NCBI RefSeq assembly: GCF_006345805.1 | Contig: NC_043019.1 | Location: forward strand, 5,083,360-5,147,359 | Length of the DNA stretch: 64,000 nucleotides | Direction of reading: 5' to 3' | DNA from: Octopus sinensis | Taxonomy: Eukaryota | Part shown: piece by piece, positions 24,954 through 38,432 of the stretch | Layout of the letters: each line of letters starts with the position of its first letter | How positions within the stretch are numbered: position 1 is the stretch's first letter | Notes under the pieces: model-generated | The model's database searches: none | The model's input: the letters and a program-made list of their open reading frames with translations, nothing else | Told to the model about the DNA's origin: nothing | Made by a program: the position numbers and the translations under genes

Positions 24954-25315
24954 CCCTTTTGTTACCAGATTCTTGTAAAAATACACTGCTTTTGATTCAA
25001 TTTTGAAATAATTTACAATTTTGTAAAATAAACTTAGGCCGATTTTTGGAACATAAATTAGCATGAAATTGTTAAAGGTAAGAAAGTTTTAATTTAACCC
25101 TTCAGTATTTAAATTACTGTCAAATTTAATATTAATTTACCCAATTATTTTCAACTAATCATTTATCATTTCATAGCTTCGAGATTTTGATGATGTTATT
25201 GTCTACTTTGGCTGGATATGGTCAGTTTAAATGCTGAAGGGTCCAAACCACTTTCAAACATTAAGTTTGTATTATAGAACCCAAGGGAGATGTCAGTGGG
25301 TTAGTATCAAAAGGG
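24954..25315. mobile_element. piggyBac-like MITE with a nested degenerate family E copy (about 25098-25241)
   Basis: TTAA|CCCTTTTGTTAC...GTATCAAAAGGG|TTAA. Confidence 0.65.
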
Positions 25316-26559
25316 TTAATATGTGAACATATTTTTACCATATCAATTGGTGTAGCCTCTAAGATTTCCCTAAGTACCTACAGATGCAGCACAATTAATG
25401 ATATTCGGTAATCTTAGTATAATAGTAATATATAAAATCATTCAGGAAAGAATGACCTTTAATGAATAACTTTTAATGAGTAGATTTAATTAAAAAAAAA
25501 AAAAAAGAAAAAACATTTTGGCATGGCAAGGGTGAAAAATAAATTCCATAAAGTACAATGACTCACCATATGGATGGTTAGAAAATTTGGCAGACATAAT
25601 AGACTAGATTTCGTCCTGTATGCAGAAACTTAAGAATAGCTCTGAAGTCAGGCTTTCTTCTAAGTTGATGCCAAGTCGTAGTGAAAAGACCAGCAGCAGT
25701 GTAGCACAGTCTCTCAATGAATACCCTAGAATTCCAAATGACAACAGCATGAAAAATCAGTCATGAAAACCCACTGATCAGATCTCATTTTCTTAAATGA
25801 CTGTTTTACTACACTGGTAGATGTTGTGGCCATACTTGTCACACTAACCAAACAACTAGCAAAGCACCGAACCGACAAGGTGTGCAGTGCATCTAGAGAT
25901 GGATTCAAAATGACATTTTTTTTTTAGTGTATATTTTGTATACTGAAAAAAATAGATTTTTTATGAGTGTCGTTGATGTGAGGATAATGATTAGAGGAAT
26001 GAAGAAGGATTTTAATTTATCACTACAGATTGCAGCAATCTATCAAATAACTAAAATAATAATAAATCTAAGAATCAAAGCTGATGTAAGTCAGATGAGG
26101 CAGAAAGAGAAAGAGAGACACAATACCTCAAGTATAATGTAGGAAACAAATTAGTCAAAACTCAAGTGCTTTTTTCAAACTGCAGGATTCTAGAAGATTA
26201 CGTCTCCTTTGAGACATGGAGGAAACAAATGTGATGACAAAAGGGACAAAATAAAATATTTTTCACATGCAAACAACATCAATGGCAAATTCAAAGCAGG
26301 CAAACATCTCGTTTTCAAAATGATAGAATTTTTCTATTTCTCTTCCTCAATTACAGTAAATTGATTTACTCTTCAGTCATTGCACTACAGCTGAGAAGGG
26401 ATATATTATTCAAAGGTGTTTTAGTCAATTATTTCAACCACGGTACCTAAGTACATATTTCGATGACCTCGGTAAAGATGAGATCAAAGTCAGGAAAAAT
26501 TAGAGAAAACAAGAATTCCAAAAAGACAATCTTCTTTGTAGGAATGGGTCAAGAGATGG

Positions 26560-27230
26560 AGGTTACAATACAGGTGATGAAAGGGTTGGGTGAATGAGCA
26601 GTGCCCAAGTGGAAGATAGCTGTGTGGGGGTAAAATAATCCCTCTAGTAGTCAATCAATCAGAGGTTGGAGAGAATTGGTGAAATGTTATCACACCAAGC
26701 AAACAGGTGACCGTTTTCAGGATGAAGTCACCATGCTCATGTGCATCTCACTTCAGGGTTGTAAAAAGCCAGTAGTTGCAGGAGTACTGAAGTATACCCC
26801 AGCACTGAAAAGGAGGACCCTAATTTGAGCTAGACCCAATCAAGACATTCACTTAGGGTGAGGCCTAGCATATGTAATGGCTTTGTGTTGTTGAGACATG
26901 GTTAGCATCACACCTTTTCTAATCAGTACAGGTTCGCATGTGGATGACACTTGGGTGTTGAATTTCAAACATAGCAGCGCAGTTGACAGCAAGATCAAGT
27001 AGAACCTTGAGGCATAACTGATAGAATGTAGGGTCTTTTTAACCCACAGCATATGATGTAATTCTGTGATCTGACAGGAGGCTTGCCATCTAAGATGAAA
27101 GTTTGTTGGAGCCAATAGTCTGCCAGTTTTACATGTAGATTTATGTGCCAGACATTGTCAAATATCTATCACATTTCGCTAAACTGTGGTAGAGACTGGA
27201 CATCAGGAAAGAATTCAGAATCATGCAATG
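26560..27230 (-). mobile_element. Highly degenerate LINE (Jockey/CR1-like) remnant
   Basis: Minus-strand pieces FDNVWH and LQYSC.YW resemble the AFDRVWH and LEYCSH.W motifs. Many stops. Confidence 0.4.
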
Positions 27231-27812
27231 AGGAATATTTTTTAAACAGTTGGTCCATATCCCATATTTATTCCTGTATAATACATACTTCTTTTTCCAG
27301 GGTTTTTAAACCTAGAAATTAAAGGTACACATTATACAACAACTGGATGCTTTTTTTTTTTTTTTTTTTTAAATCACAAATGTAAATTTACACTATATGC
27401 CACAAAATTACAAAACACTGGATGGAGTATTTTAAAACGCTTTTTCATGCTTTCAAAATTTTAAATGTTTCAATTTAATGTAAAAAAAAAAAAATTTATT
27501 AAGAAAAGAATTTATATTTAAATAAAAAGAAAATTTGGTTGTGTTTTGCAATAAGCATGCTTTTCAAGAATTTAGAGGGTGAGTTAAAATTATAGAGTTA
27601 ATAACAGTACTGAGTAGTCGAAAGAAAATGCAATAAATGACTAAAGCTACTTATCAGCTGATCATATTAAAGAAACATAAAATAGTAGGGTGTGGCTTGA
27701 GAGAGATTCTGGCTGCTCTTTCTAACACACCTAGCTATTGCAAAGGCACCACAAGTGCCTTCTACTATAGCTCTGGAGAGGCCAAATTCTCACCGCCAGT
27801 ATATATATATAT

Positions 27813-28159
27813 ATCATCATCATCGTTTAACGTCCGCTTTCCATGCTAGCATGGGTTGGACGGTTCAACTGGGGTCTGGCAAGCCCGAAGGCTGCACCAG
27901 GCCAGTCAGATCTGGCAGTGTTTCTACAGCTGGATGCCCTTCCTAACGCCAACCACTCCGAGAGTGTAGTGGGTGATTTTATGTGCCACCGACACAGGTG
28001 CCAGACGAGGCTGGCAGACGGCCACGCTCGGATGGTGTTTTTTATGTGCCACCGACACAGGTGCCAGACGAGGCTGGCAGACGGCCACGCTCGGATGGTG
28101 TTTTTTATGTGCCACCGACACAGGTGCCAGACGAGGCTGGCGAACGGCTACGATCGGGT
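27813..28159 (-). mobile_element. RTE 3'-UTR fragment (family C) with three tandem ~58-bp units
   Basis: ttttatgtgccaccgacacaggtgccagacgaggctggc repeated three times. Confidence 0.88.
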
Positions 28160-28264
28160 ATATATATATATATATTACATTTTGAACCATGTACTATCTA
28201 CAAATAACAAAACAGAAAAAATGTAATATTAGTCGGAAATAAACATTAATTTCGCATGACTTAC

Positions 28265-28339
28265 TCTTCTGTAATCTTCTTTGACAAAATCAGCTTCGGC
28301 CATGGTCTCCAGTTCTTGCATCTGTTGAACAAGTTTCAC
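28265..28339 (-). CDS. DNAJC7: DNAJC7 exon (VKLVQQMQELETMAEADFVKEDYRR)
   Basis: atcag/gtaagt sites, 75 nt, phase 0-0. Confidence 0.94.
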
Positions 28340-28569
28340 CTGATAGAAGAGATCATAAAACGTTACTGGAAAACCACTGCTTGCAAGTGGGGTCAGAGTA
28401 AATCAAATTCAGACTGACCGAAGGAGAAGGGCAGTGTGCCACATTCCCAGAAAGCACGTGCAACCATTTAGCGAGGCACCCCGAGGACACAGAAACAACC
28501 AAACCCAAATCGGGCAAAACTGAATTTAAATCGATTAAAAATTTTAGGATAAATGTCACTCAGACTTAC

Positions 28570-28683
28570 CTCCTTCCTGGCCGTTGCATTTGTGGGATCA
28601 AGTTGTAATACAGTTTCGTAACTCCTAAGTGCTGCACATGTGTCACCCAACATCATGTGACATTTGCCTTCTCGGAGATGGCC
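28570..28683 (-). CDS. DNAJC7: DNAJC7 exon (GHLREGKCHMMLGD...LDPTNATARKE)
   Basis: Poly-T plus cag acceptor, gtaagt donor, 114 nt, phase 0-0. Confidence 0.96.
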
Positions 28684-28936
28684 CTGTAAGAAAAAAAAAA
28701 AAAAAATCAATACAAGCGATTGATTTGGCAGACACCCTTCCATCTGAACTGTCAATTGATCTGCTAGTAATAACAGCTGAATTATACTATCTTCAGTAAG
28801 AAAAGATACATTGGATAATGTACTACTAAAATAATCATACCTAAAAGAAATTTCACATCAAGGCTTTGGACAGACTGAGACTATTGTAGAAGACACCCAT
28901 GGTGCTACACAGTCGGACTGAGTTCAAAACCATGTA

Positions 28937-29137
28937 CAGTAATTTCCCTCAACTGTCGCGAATATTACATTCCAAAACCTCTTATAGAAATGATTAAAAT
29001 ATTTTTAAAAAATATAAATACCTATTGGCCAGAGAAACCTGCGATTATACTGAGGGGTTTACATATGTTAGCCAGAAAAATCCGCGATGAACTGAGAGTG
29101 CACGATAGGTGAACTGTGATATGGCAGGAAATTGCTG
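28937..29137. mobile_element. pogo/Tigger-like MITE inserted in a degenerate SINE A head
   Basis: TA|CAGTAATTTCC...GGAAATTGCTG|TA. Confidence 0.7.
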
Positions 29138-29191
29138 TAGTTGGGAAATGAACTCTTTACCACACAGCTACACCTGTGACTATATATATAT

Positions 29192-29516
29192 ATCATCGCT
29201 TAACGTCCACTTTCCATGCGAGCATGGGTTGGACGATTTTGACTGAGGGCTGGCGAACCAGATGGCTGCACCAGGCTCCAATCTCGATTTGGCAGAGTTT
29301 CTACAGCTGGATGCCCTTCCTAACGCCAACCACTCTGAGAGTGTAGTGGGTGCTTTTTACGTGCCAGTCAGGCAGTACTGGTAACGATCTCACTCAAATC
29401 CTTTTACACATGCCCCCAGCACAGGTGCCAGTAAGGCGACTTTGATAACGATCATGCTCGAATGGTGCCCTTTTACGTGCCACTGGCACGGAAGCCAGTT
29501 GGTTGCTCTGGCAGTG
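29192..29516 (-). mobile_element. RTE 3'-UTR fragment (family C)
   Basis: Homology to 1543-1990. Confidence 0.85.
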
Positions 29517-29888
29517 TCACATACATCTTCATAATTTATGACAAGCTAAGAAGTCAAATATTTCCTTCAGGAAACAGTCACTAATGTGTTCAGCAGAATA
29601 TATATTTTGGGGGTTAAATTTATATTGCAAACTGTAAATGTTGGTTATAGATTTCCATGGGAACACAGAATTTGTTGAGGGAGATTTTCTTTGGTTAGAT
29701 ATTCTTTCTGCTGCCAACCTTCATTTTCCTTGGCTAAGACGTATTTTTACAGAAGGCTGCAAACACCGTTCCACCACCATCTACCTCATTCTCTCTCTCT
29801 CTCCTTCGGTGATTCTCAAGATACCAGCTGACAGACAAATGAACAGAGAGAGGAGGTGAACAAAATTGGAATTTCAATTATTTTTCCC

Positions 29889-30211
29889 ACATCATCATCA
29901 TCGTCGTTTAACGTCCGTTTTCCATGCTAGCACGGGTTGGACAGTTCGACCGGGATCTGGGAAGCCAGGAGGCTGCACCAGGCTCCAGTCTGATCTGGCA
30001 GAGTTTCTACAGCTGGATGCCCTTCCTAATGCCAACCACTCCGCGAGTGTAGTGGGTGCTTTTTACGTGCCACCTGCACAGGTGCCAGGGGAGTCCGGCA
30101 TCGGTCACGATCGGTTGGTGCTTTTAACGTGCCACCGGCACGGAAGCCAGCCAAGGCGGTACTGGCATCGGCACATTCGGATGGTGCTTTTTATGTGCCA
30201 CCGACACAGGA
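29889..30211 (-). mobile_element. RTE 3'-UTR fragment (family C)
   Basis: (CAT)n start on the + strand, family homology. Confidence 0.85.
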
Positions 30212-30301
30212 ACCCTGAAAGCAAAGGTCACTTCCTTTTCCCTCCCAGCAGTTAGACACAAAAAAAAGCACAGTTTTTGTTTGTACTTTGCTTGTACTTA
30301 C

Positions 30302-30426
30302 TTTAAGAAAAGTATTATCTAGTGATACAGCAGTCCTTGCATCAGCTAAGGCTTCTGGGTATTTCATCATCATAATGTAGGTAGCTGCTCGATTACCATA
30401 ATAAGGAGCATGTGCTGGACACAATC
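30302..30426 (-). CDS. DNAJC7: DNAJC7 exon (LCPAHAPYYGNRAATYIMM...SLDNTFLK)
   Basis: tacag/gtaagt sites, 125 nt, phase 1-0, YYGNRAA TPR motif. Confidence 0.96.
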
Positions 30427-30604
30427 CTGTACAATGAAAAAAAACAATCAACTTATAAATCAACTGCTAATATTTTGGTGTTCAGAATGTCTAATTATGT
30501 AAGACCCATTTTCAGAAAGTCTTGTTCAACTTTCAAGTTTTACTGTTTGGGGGACAAATAATAAATACATATACAGACATTTTACATATAAACACTTAGT
30601 TTAA

Positions 30605-30824
30605 CCCTTAAGTGTTCAGGTTATTCTGTGAAATGTGATGTTTGTTTATTTATATTGTTTTGAATTAATCATGTATCATCTTGTAGTTTAGAGATTGCAG
30701 TGATGTGGTTTTTTTAGTTTTAGAACGACATGGTAGGGCTGAGGTGAGAGACGAGAACTGGTCAGTTTCAATATAAAACAGTTAAATATTTTGGCTGGAT
30801 ATGACCGGTTTGAATGCTAAAGGG
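30605..30824 (-). mobile_element. Family E MITE, reverse orientation
   Basis: TTAA TSD, CCCTTAAG/CTAAAGGG termini. Confidence 0.8.
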
Positions 30825-31095
30825 TTAAGAATGAGGTAGTTGTTGTTACTGATTAAATGTTAGGGTGCTTGAGTACCCAACAGATGTTGGATCAACATCA
30901 GAGACTCCCAACACTAATCTGTCACTAACCATTCAGAATTGACCGAGAAAAGAAACATGCCTGGTGCAGTGTAGTTTAGGGCTGTGAAAAACAATGCCAC
31001 TGGGACCAATACATACCTAAGATCACGAGATATTTCCTATATTATTTTCTATATTTATTGATCAGTACATCCATACAGGATGGTGTAGGACATTT

Positions 31096-31511
31096 GGATC
31101 TTTTCAGTTTGAATGGCAGTTTTTTTTAATAATTTTCACGTAACTAAAAAAATTTTAAACTTCGTATACTGGTAGAATGTGTTTATAAAACATCTTTTTC
31201 TCTTGGCTTTATTGAGAAAATTCTATAGTTTGTAAGATATTTGTAGGTTTTTTTCTTCAATTTCTGAAAATTCAACCAATCAATGACGTCTATTGAGGTG
31301 AAAACATTTTGTGCCATATGAAAATGTCCCTCGTTTAAGAAACAGATTGGGTTTATTTACATTTGTGAAGAAAAAAAGATACCCTTCCCCCCACCCCTAA
31401 CTAACCCTAACCCAGATTGAAATGCAATAGATCGGTACTAGGGTCATAATTATGGGTGACAATTTCATATGACACCGCTAGAAAAAACTGCCATTCAAAC
31501 CGAAAAGATCC
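31096..31511. mobile_element. Merlin-like MITE family D
   Basis: TIRs, perfect TSD ggacattt. Confidence 0.9.
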
Positions 31512-32664
31512 GGACATTTTTTAATAGTACACAAAAAAATAAGATAAATTCTATTCGGTGCCACTGCATGTCCAAGGTGGCATGCAGTGGGACCAAACCC
31601 AGAACCATGTGGTTCGGAAGCAAGCTTCTTACCACAGTCACACCTGCACCTATCAAATAAAATATTTATTTATTTATTATTGTCTTTGGTCAATAAAAAT
31701 TATTTTCTATTTGCTTCTGGCAAGAAATGAAATGAAATTACTATTCCCTTCAAACTTGCCTTTGTGACTGGGGCATCAATATTTGCAAACTGACCCATTT
31801 TCCATTACAGACAGATTTGGCGCTGAGTTGCTGAATCAGAAATATTGTTAGAGCAAATATGATTCTCACCATAACTGGTTGAAGGTTCTCATTTGCTTCT
31901 AATATAAATCTAACAAATTTACATGAAAGCAACCTTGGGCTTTGAACCCTTTCAACAGAAAGGTGAATTATGAAAAATTTTTACTGGAATTTTATGTGAA
32001 ACTCCGAGTAACAGCTTTTGTTAAATTTCTGCTGCTTTTAAATAAAGTATATATATATTATATACACACACACACACACGACAGGCTTCTTTTCAGTTTC
32101 TGTCTACCAAATCCACTCAAGGTTTTGGTCGGCCCGAGGCTATAGTAGAAGACAATTTGCCCAAAGTGCTCCGCAGTGGGGATGAATCCGGAACCTATAA
32201 AAATTTCGTTTCAAACCTACTGCCATAAGTTAGTCAAGAAAACACTAATACACCGTTAAACTCCACTTGACAAAACAAGTCCAAGGATAACAGTCAAAGT
32301 AGCAGGTTTGAAACCATTAGGCTTCGCTAATTAAATAGCATCATCAATTGTGGTCAATCATTCTACAAATTCACACAACTCATAGAAAAAAAAATACATT
32401 AAAACAATGCAGGCATATTTTTGCCAATAAACTAACATTGCCATTACAATTACAACTGAAAGTTAGACAAGCAAACTGGCAAGAGAAGAAAAGGAAGTTG
32501 GCTCTTGTTGATGCAATGTATTTATAGACAACTACAAGGGGGGAAGCATTGGCATGGCAATTCAACCTGCTAAAAATAGCAGCAAAACTTCTCTCAAATT
32601 ACATACACTCCATGGTCTTGAAAATAGACACATTAAGTAATGTGGTACCAGACATAGTATGTAT

Positions 32665-32884
32665 CAGTGCTTTTTAAAACTTTTTACTGGAGCGGAACCC
32701 CAAGGAAACATTCCACTGGCTCGAGGAACCCTTGTGCAATAATTTAATAGTTTTATGCACACATATCTGCACAGGAGAATTAAAAATTACTGCCGATTTT
32801 AGCAGTTTTGTAACTTCTTGCGGAACCCCTGGACTGTACTGGCGGAACCCTAAGGTTCCGTGGAACCCTGGTTGAAAACCACTG
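32665..32884. mobile_element. hAT MITE, same family as 18517
   Basis: CAGTG...CACTG termini, perfect TSD gtatgtat. Confidence 0.88.
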
Positions 32885-33440
32885 GTATGTATCCAAGAGT
32901 TAGGCAAGATGGCCTTGGCTGGGATGCCTTTGATACAACAATACTCAAATAATACTTCATTCTGTTACTACACTAGACACCGACACACTCCCAGTGGAGT
33001 AGCCAGTAAGCCCCTACTACAGGCAAACAACCGGCTGTACATTAAGCAACCAAAATAATGCTACAACGGTATCAAAGATAAAAAAAGAGGAGCAGGGTGT
33101 ATGTATATATATATATATAGCATTGCTGTTCCAAATATGTAACAAACTCAGACAATATGATATATTAGTACGTATATTTTTTGTTGAAATCTCAATGTAA
33201 ATAAATCTCATTGAAACACTCAGCTAGAAGGCAAATGCACAACACTCATAGTTTCTGTTACCAAAAATAGCTGCTTAGTAACATCAGAGAGGAAGTTGCT
33301 TCAAGTGCTACTAATAATGAAAAAAACAAGCACACACAGACAGAGCTTAGATTCTGAATAGTCCTATAACCATTTCACTACCTTAGTCCTCTGATTGTGC
33401 TAGAGTTAGCAAACTTTCATTACAATACTATCAGAATTAG

Positions 33441-33853
33441 GGATCTTTTCGGTTTGAACGGCAGTTTTTTAAAATAATTTCCACGTAACTAAACATTTTT
33501 AAACTTCGTATACTGGCAGAATGTGTTTATAAAACATCTTTTTCTCTTGGCTTTATTGAGAAAATTCTATAGGTTGTAAGATATTTGTTGTTTTTTTTTT
33601 TCTTCAATTTCTGCAATCTCAACCAATCAATGACGTCTACTGACGTAAAAAAAATATTCTGTGCCGTATGAATATGTCCCTCGTTTAAGAAACAGATTGG
33701 GTTACACTTCTGAAGAAAAAAAAGATACCCTTCCCCCCACCTCTAACCCTAAAACAGATTGAAATGCAATAGATCGATACTAGGGTCATAATTATGGGTG
33801 ACAATTTCATATGACACCGCTAGAAAAAACTGCCATTCAAACTGAAAAGATCA
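33441..33853. mobile_element. Merlin-like MITE family D
   Basis: TIRs, TSD agaattag. Confidence 0.9.
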
Positions 33854-34864
33854 AGAATTAGCAATAATCACATTGGCAATAAAAATAAATCCTGGCACCT
33901 TAGAACTTCAATATATTCTCAAGTATACCCGAGGCAATGCTTCTAAATATATCCTCAGTTTTACATTAGCAGTTTTGGCTTTGGAGATGCAGCATGTCCG
34001 TTTATATTGATGTATCCACTTGTGTAATGAAATTAAGGACTCTAAGTGGCACCTTACATTTTGGTACCTCGAAAGTAAGACCTAGTCTTAACAATGTTTG
34101 CAGAACCAATTTCAAAAATGGCATTAGTTCGCCCTATCAACTCTAATTAAGGATTTGTACTTTTGATACAAAAATGGCAATATTAATGCTTTAATATCAA
34201 AGCAGCTGAATATCACTAAATAAGTCTATTTCAACACAAAAGCTTAAAATCAAAAATATGCAGTAAATTCCCAGAACTGGGTGAAGAACTTTTGACAGTC
34301 TCTTGAGATAAGAAAGCACATGAAAGAGCCAACTGGATGTGTGAAAATGGTAAAGTTTTGGCACTTGTATCTTTCTCAAAGGAATTGAAACTAGACTGCA
34401 GATTCAGTTTACCAAGAATTTATTACTACACTGCAACAGTTGCCTGTCATCACAGTAATGATTTCTTCCTGCAGTCACAAAAATTTGTAAGTTAAAAAGT
34501 TTACCCACAGTACACAAGTGGTCATTGTTTTATACACCCAAGATTTTTTTATAACAAGGAACAAAGACATAACTAATGTAAGCTCAACATTCTATTATTT
34601 CTCTCAATTCAGTCACAACAACAATTATCTTTTTGCTTTCAATTGTCCAAGACCAATATTTAGTATAAGAGCTGCAGAATCAACTCAACTGCAGATTATT
34701 ACAGATTCTATTATCAACTCAGAACATTTTTACGAAAATAATTGTCATAATATGAGAGTATAAAAGACAAACATGATACAACCATAACTCTCTCAGGAGA
34801 CTGCAAAGCTGTAGAATGTGATCTTGTTCCTATAAGCTGCTACTGATGAGCAAAAGCATATGAT

Positions 34865-35140
34865 ATAGTGTATATTTAAATACATAGAGAATCCACTTAT
34901 AGGGACTCTACGTGCTAGAAAGAACAGCTAAGTTCTATAACCACCAAAAATTGGGGATAAAATTCGACAGGAATAAATTTGGAAATTAAAAACATTTACC
35001 GTCTAGATTCCTGTTTTTAATTTCCAAATTTATTCCTGACGAATCTTATCCCCAATTTTTGGTGGTTATAGAACTTAGCTGTTCTTTCTAGCGCGTAGAA
35101 TCTCTACAAGTGGATTCTCTCTGTATTTAAATATACACTA
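34865..35140. repeat. Near-perfect ~275-bp inverted repeat (fold-back element)
   Basis: About 130-bp arms tagtgtatatttaaatac...aaaaaca / tgtttt...gtatttaaatatacacta with a ~18-nt loop. Confidence 0.85.
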
Positions 35141-35165
35141 TATCGTATGACTAATATACATTCTG

Positions 35166-35363
35166 TTTACTCTTTTACTTGTTTCAGTCATTTGACTGCG
35201 GCCTTGCTGGAGCACCACCTTTAGTCGAGCAAATCGACCCCGGGACTTATTCTTTGTAAGCCCAGTACTTATTCTATCGGTCTCTTTTGCCGAACCGCTA
35301 AGTGACGGGGACGTAAACACACCAGCATCGGTCGTCGAGCAATGCTAGGGGGGACAAACACAG

Positions 35364-35394
<31 letters not shown>

Positions 35395-35568
35395 CATATA
35401 TATACGACAGGCTTCTTTCAGTTTCCGTCTACCAAATCCACTCACAAGGCATTGGTCGGCCCGGGGCTATAGCAGAAGACACTTGCCCAAGATGCCACAC
35501 AGTGGGACTGAACCCGGAACCATGTGGTTGGTTAGCAAGCTACTTACCACACAGCCATTCCTGCACCT
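35166..35568 (-). mobile_element. SINE family A
   Basis: Full-length homology. Confidence 0.9.
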
Positions 35569-35707
35569 ATATAGTCTTTTTGACTAAAATTTTTTTACGC
35601 GTTGGACCACTGGAAATGTAATTTTTGATTGAATGTTTTTAACTTTAATTAAATTCCATTTCCCTTTGATATGATGAGCAAAAGCATGTAGAATGTAGTC
35701 TACTCAC

Positions 35708-35814
35708 GTATAGCATCTTCATAACAACGCAGGGCATCAATGTAAGCAGCAGATTTAAAAAACTGGTTTCCCTCTTCTTTCTTCCTCTCCGCAATATCAG
35801 CTGTGGCTTCTTTC
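35708..35814 (-). CDS. DNAJC7: DNAJC7 exon, first TPR (KEATADIAERKKEEGNQFFK...YEDAI)
   Basis: ttttag/gtgagt sites, 107 nt, phase 2-1. It has no ATG, so an upstream exon ending in phase 2 is required. Confidence 0.93.
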
Positions 35815-36131
35815 CTAAAATGGAATCCAACCAGAAAATAATTTAAATACAACTGGAATAGTAACAACAGAATGCAAAGGTTTGAGGCTGATCTGCACAT
35901 CATACAGATAATAAAGCATGCTCCCTGCTAACACTTATTTTGTGACCTGGAAGGATTTGAGAAAAAGTACAAAGAGGTAAATTAGAAAAAAGAAAACCTT
36001 TTAATAATAATTTTGGTCGAATTTGATTTAATAATCTTTTCTTGTACAAGGACAATACCAATAATGGAGGTGATCAAATCGCACTCCAGTGCTCAAGATT
36101 TGAATGCAATTCTAATGATCTATCACTTAGA

Positions 36132-36505
36132 ATCATCATCATTTAATGTCTGTTTTCCATGCTAGCATGGGTTGGACGGTTCGACCAGGGTCTGGTAAGC
36201 CATGGAGGCTGCAGCAGGCTCCAGTCTGATTTGGCAGTGTTTCTACAGTTCAATGCCCTTCCTAACACCAACCACTCCGTGAGTATAGTAGGTGTTTTTT
36301 ACGTGCCACCAGCACAGGAGTCAGAGCAGGCTGGCAAACGGCCACGATCGGTTGGTGCTTTTACGTGTCACCGACACGGACGCCAGTCAGGCGACGCTAG
36401 TATCTGCCACGTTCGGACGGTGCATTTTATGTGTCACTGGCACGGGTGTCTTAACTACAATTTCTATTTGAATTTTTATTTTGATGTTGACAAACTTGAC
36501 TCAAC
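36132..36505 (-). mobile_element. RTE 3'-UTR fragment (family C)
   Basis: Family homology. Confidence 0.82.
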
Positions 36506-36878
36506 AGAATATAATAGAGAATAATGACAAAAGTAATAAATCAAAGAAAAAAGAAGAAAAAAAAATTTGTGAGTAATATACACTTCTTAACCCCAATTTT
36601 AAACCTAGAAATTAAGGGTCTCCTTATACACAATGCTCCCCATTTTTTTCTTTCCATTAAGGATTTAAATCTTCAGGTCCTACAAAATTAAATATGAAAC
36701 ATTTTTACTTATTTTCTAAAAATTATTCTCAGTTTAAGATTCTGATGAAATAAAAATTATTTTAAAGTACAAAGCTATTTTCTTTGAACCAATAAAATAA
36801 TTTGTAGTTGAGTTTTGGAATATGTAATAGGTCAGAATTTTTCCTTGGAAAATTTCAACAGATCGGAATAAAAATTTC

Positions 36879-37067
36879 GGTGGCACGTAAAAAGCACCCA
36901 CTACACTCTCAGAGTGGTTGGCGTTAGGAAGGGCATCCAGCTGTAGAAACTCTGCCAAATCAAGATTGGAGCCTGGTGCAGCCATCTGGTTCGCCAGCCC
37001 TCAGTCAAAATCGTCCAACCCATGCTAGCATGGAAAGCAGACGTTAAACGATGATGATGATGATGAT
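36879..37067 (+). mobile_element. RTE 3'-UTR fragment (family C) with (GAT)n tail
   Basis: Family homology, inverted relative to 36132. Confidence 0.85.
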
Positions 37068-37364
37068 AACGACGTGATAAGAAAACGCACATTACATTAA
37101 ATTACAAAAATTTTTTTGTAGTCTTGTAATCTGTTTTGAATAGATTTTTTAATTTATGCATGACTTGAAGAGTTACTCAACTAAAGAACAGCAGGGTGTG
37201 ATTTGAGGGACAATTGGATGCTATTTCTAACATATTTTGGCAGCCATGTAGAGATTTCCCATACATACACAAAAACAGGTGTTGAAGGAAAAATTGCTAT
37301 ATACACCACATCTGTAGAACTAATTCCACACCACTTCTTTTACTATATATATATATAGTGCATA

Positions 37365-37654
37365 TATGTAATATCACCATGACCGTGACCGACCGGGCTA
37401 TCAGATGTTGCTACACATCGCTGGTCACAATGCACTTCGCATTGTTTTAGCGTTCTAATGACGCCACCCTGATGGCTAAGTGAGCAGGCCAACAGAAGAA
37501 AGAGTGAGAGAAAGTTGTGGCGAAAGAGTACAGCAGGGATCGCCACCACCCCTGCCGGAACCTCGTGGAGTTTTAGGTGTTTTCGCTCAATAAACAGTCA
37601 CAACGCCCGGTCTGGGAATCGAGTCCGCTGCCCTAACCACTAGGCCATTGCGCC
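37365..37654 (-). mobile_element. Distinct tRNA-derived SINE with a deletion between A and B boxes
   Basis: Minus strand reads GGCGCAATGGCCTAGTGGTTAGGGCAGCGGACTCGATTCCCAGACCGGGCG, followed by a non-tRNA body. Confidence 0.7.
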
Positions 37655-38102
37655 ACCACACATGTAATGTACATCATTTAATGTCCATTTTCCCTGCTGG
37701 CATAGGTTGTATGGTCTGACCAGGGCTGTCATGCTGGAAGGCTGCACCAGACTCCAGTCTGATTTACCATTATTTCTATGGCTGGATGCCCTTCCTAAAG
37801 CCATGTATAAATGTGTGCATAAGTATGTATATAAGGAGATGTATATATGATCGTACAGATATCTTTATAAATGTACACACACACATATGCACACCCGGTG
37901 TTTTAATATTCACTTTTTATGCTTCCATGAAGCAGCTGGAATTCATTAAAACATTCTCTACAGCAGGATGCCCTTCCTTTTACTTACTCTCACCTGCCTT
38001 TCAAGCAAGGTAATATTTCACTTTAACCAGGCAGATTTTCATGGAAGATTGGAAACAAAAAAAAAAAAAACACCCCACTGCTTTTATAAGAAAGGTCAAC
38101 AT

Positions 38103-38290
38103 ATCATCATCATCATCGTTTAACGTCCGTTTTCCGCACTAGCACGGGTTGGACGGTTCGACCGGGGTCTGGGAAGCCAGGGGCTGCACCAGGCTCCAGC
38201 CTGATCTGGCAGTGTTTCTACAGCTGGATGCCCTTCCTAACGCCAACCACTCCGTGAGTGTAGTGGGTGCTTTTTACGTGCCACCGGCAC
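38103..38290 (-). mobile_element. RTE 3'-UTR fragment (family C)
   Basis: Family homology. Confidence 0.85.
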
Positions 38291-38432
38291 ATAGAAACAC
38301 ATGCACACAATGAGCTGCTTTCAGTCTCCACCAACTTGGGTTGGCCCATGGTTATAGGGGCTGAACCTAAATCACAAGATGGGGAAACAAACATCTTAAA
38401 GGAACAGGCTATGTCTATAGAAATGAAGAGCT

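Noticed and set aside
37600-37654. tRNA gene
   Set aside because: Anticodon arm deleted and followed by a SINE body, so it is a SINE head.
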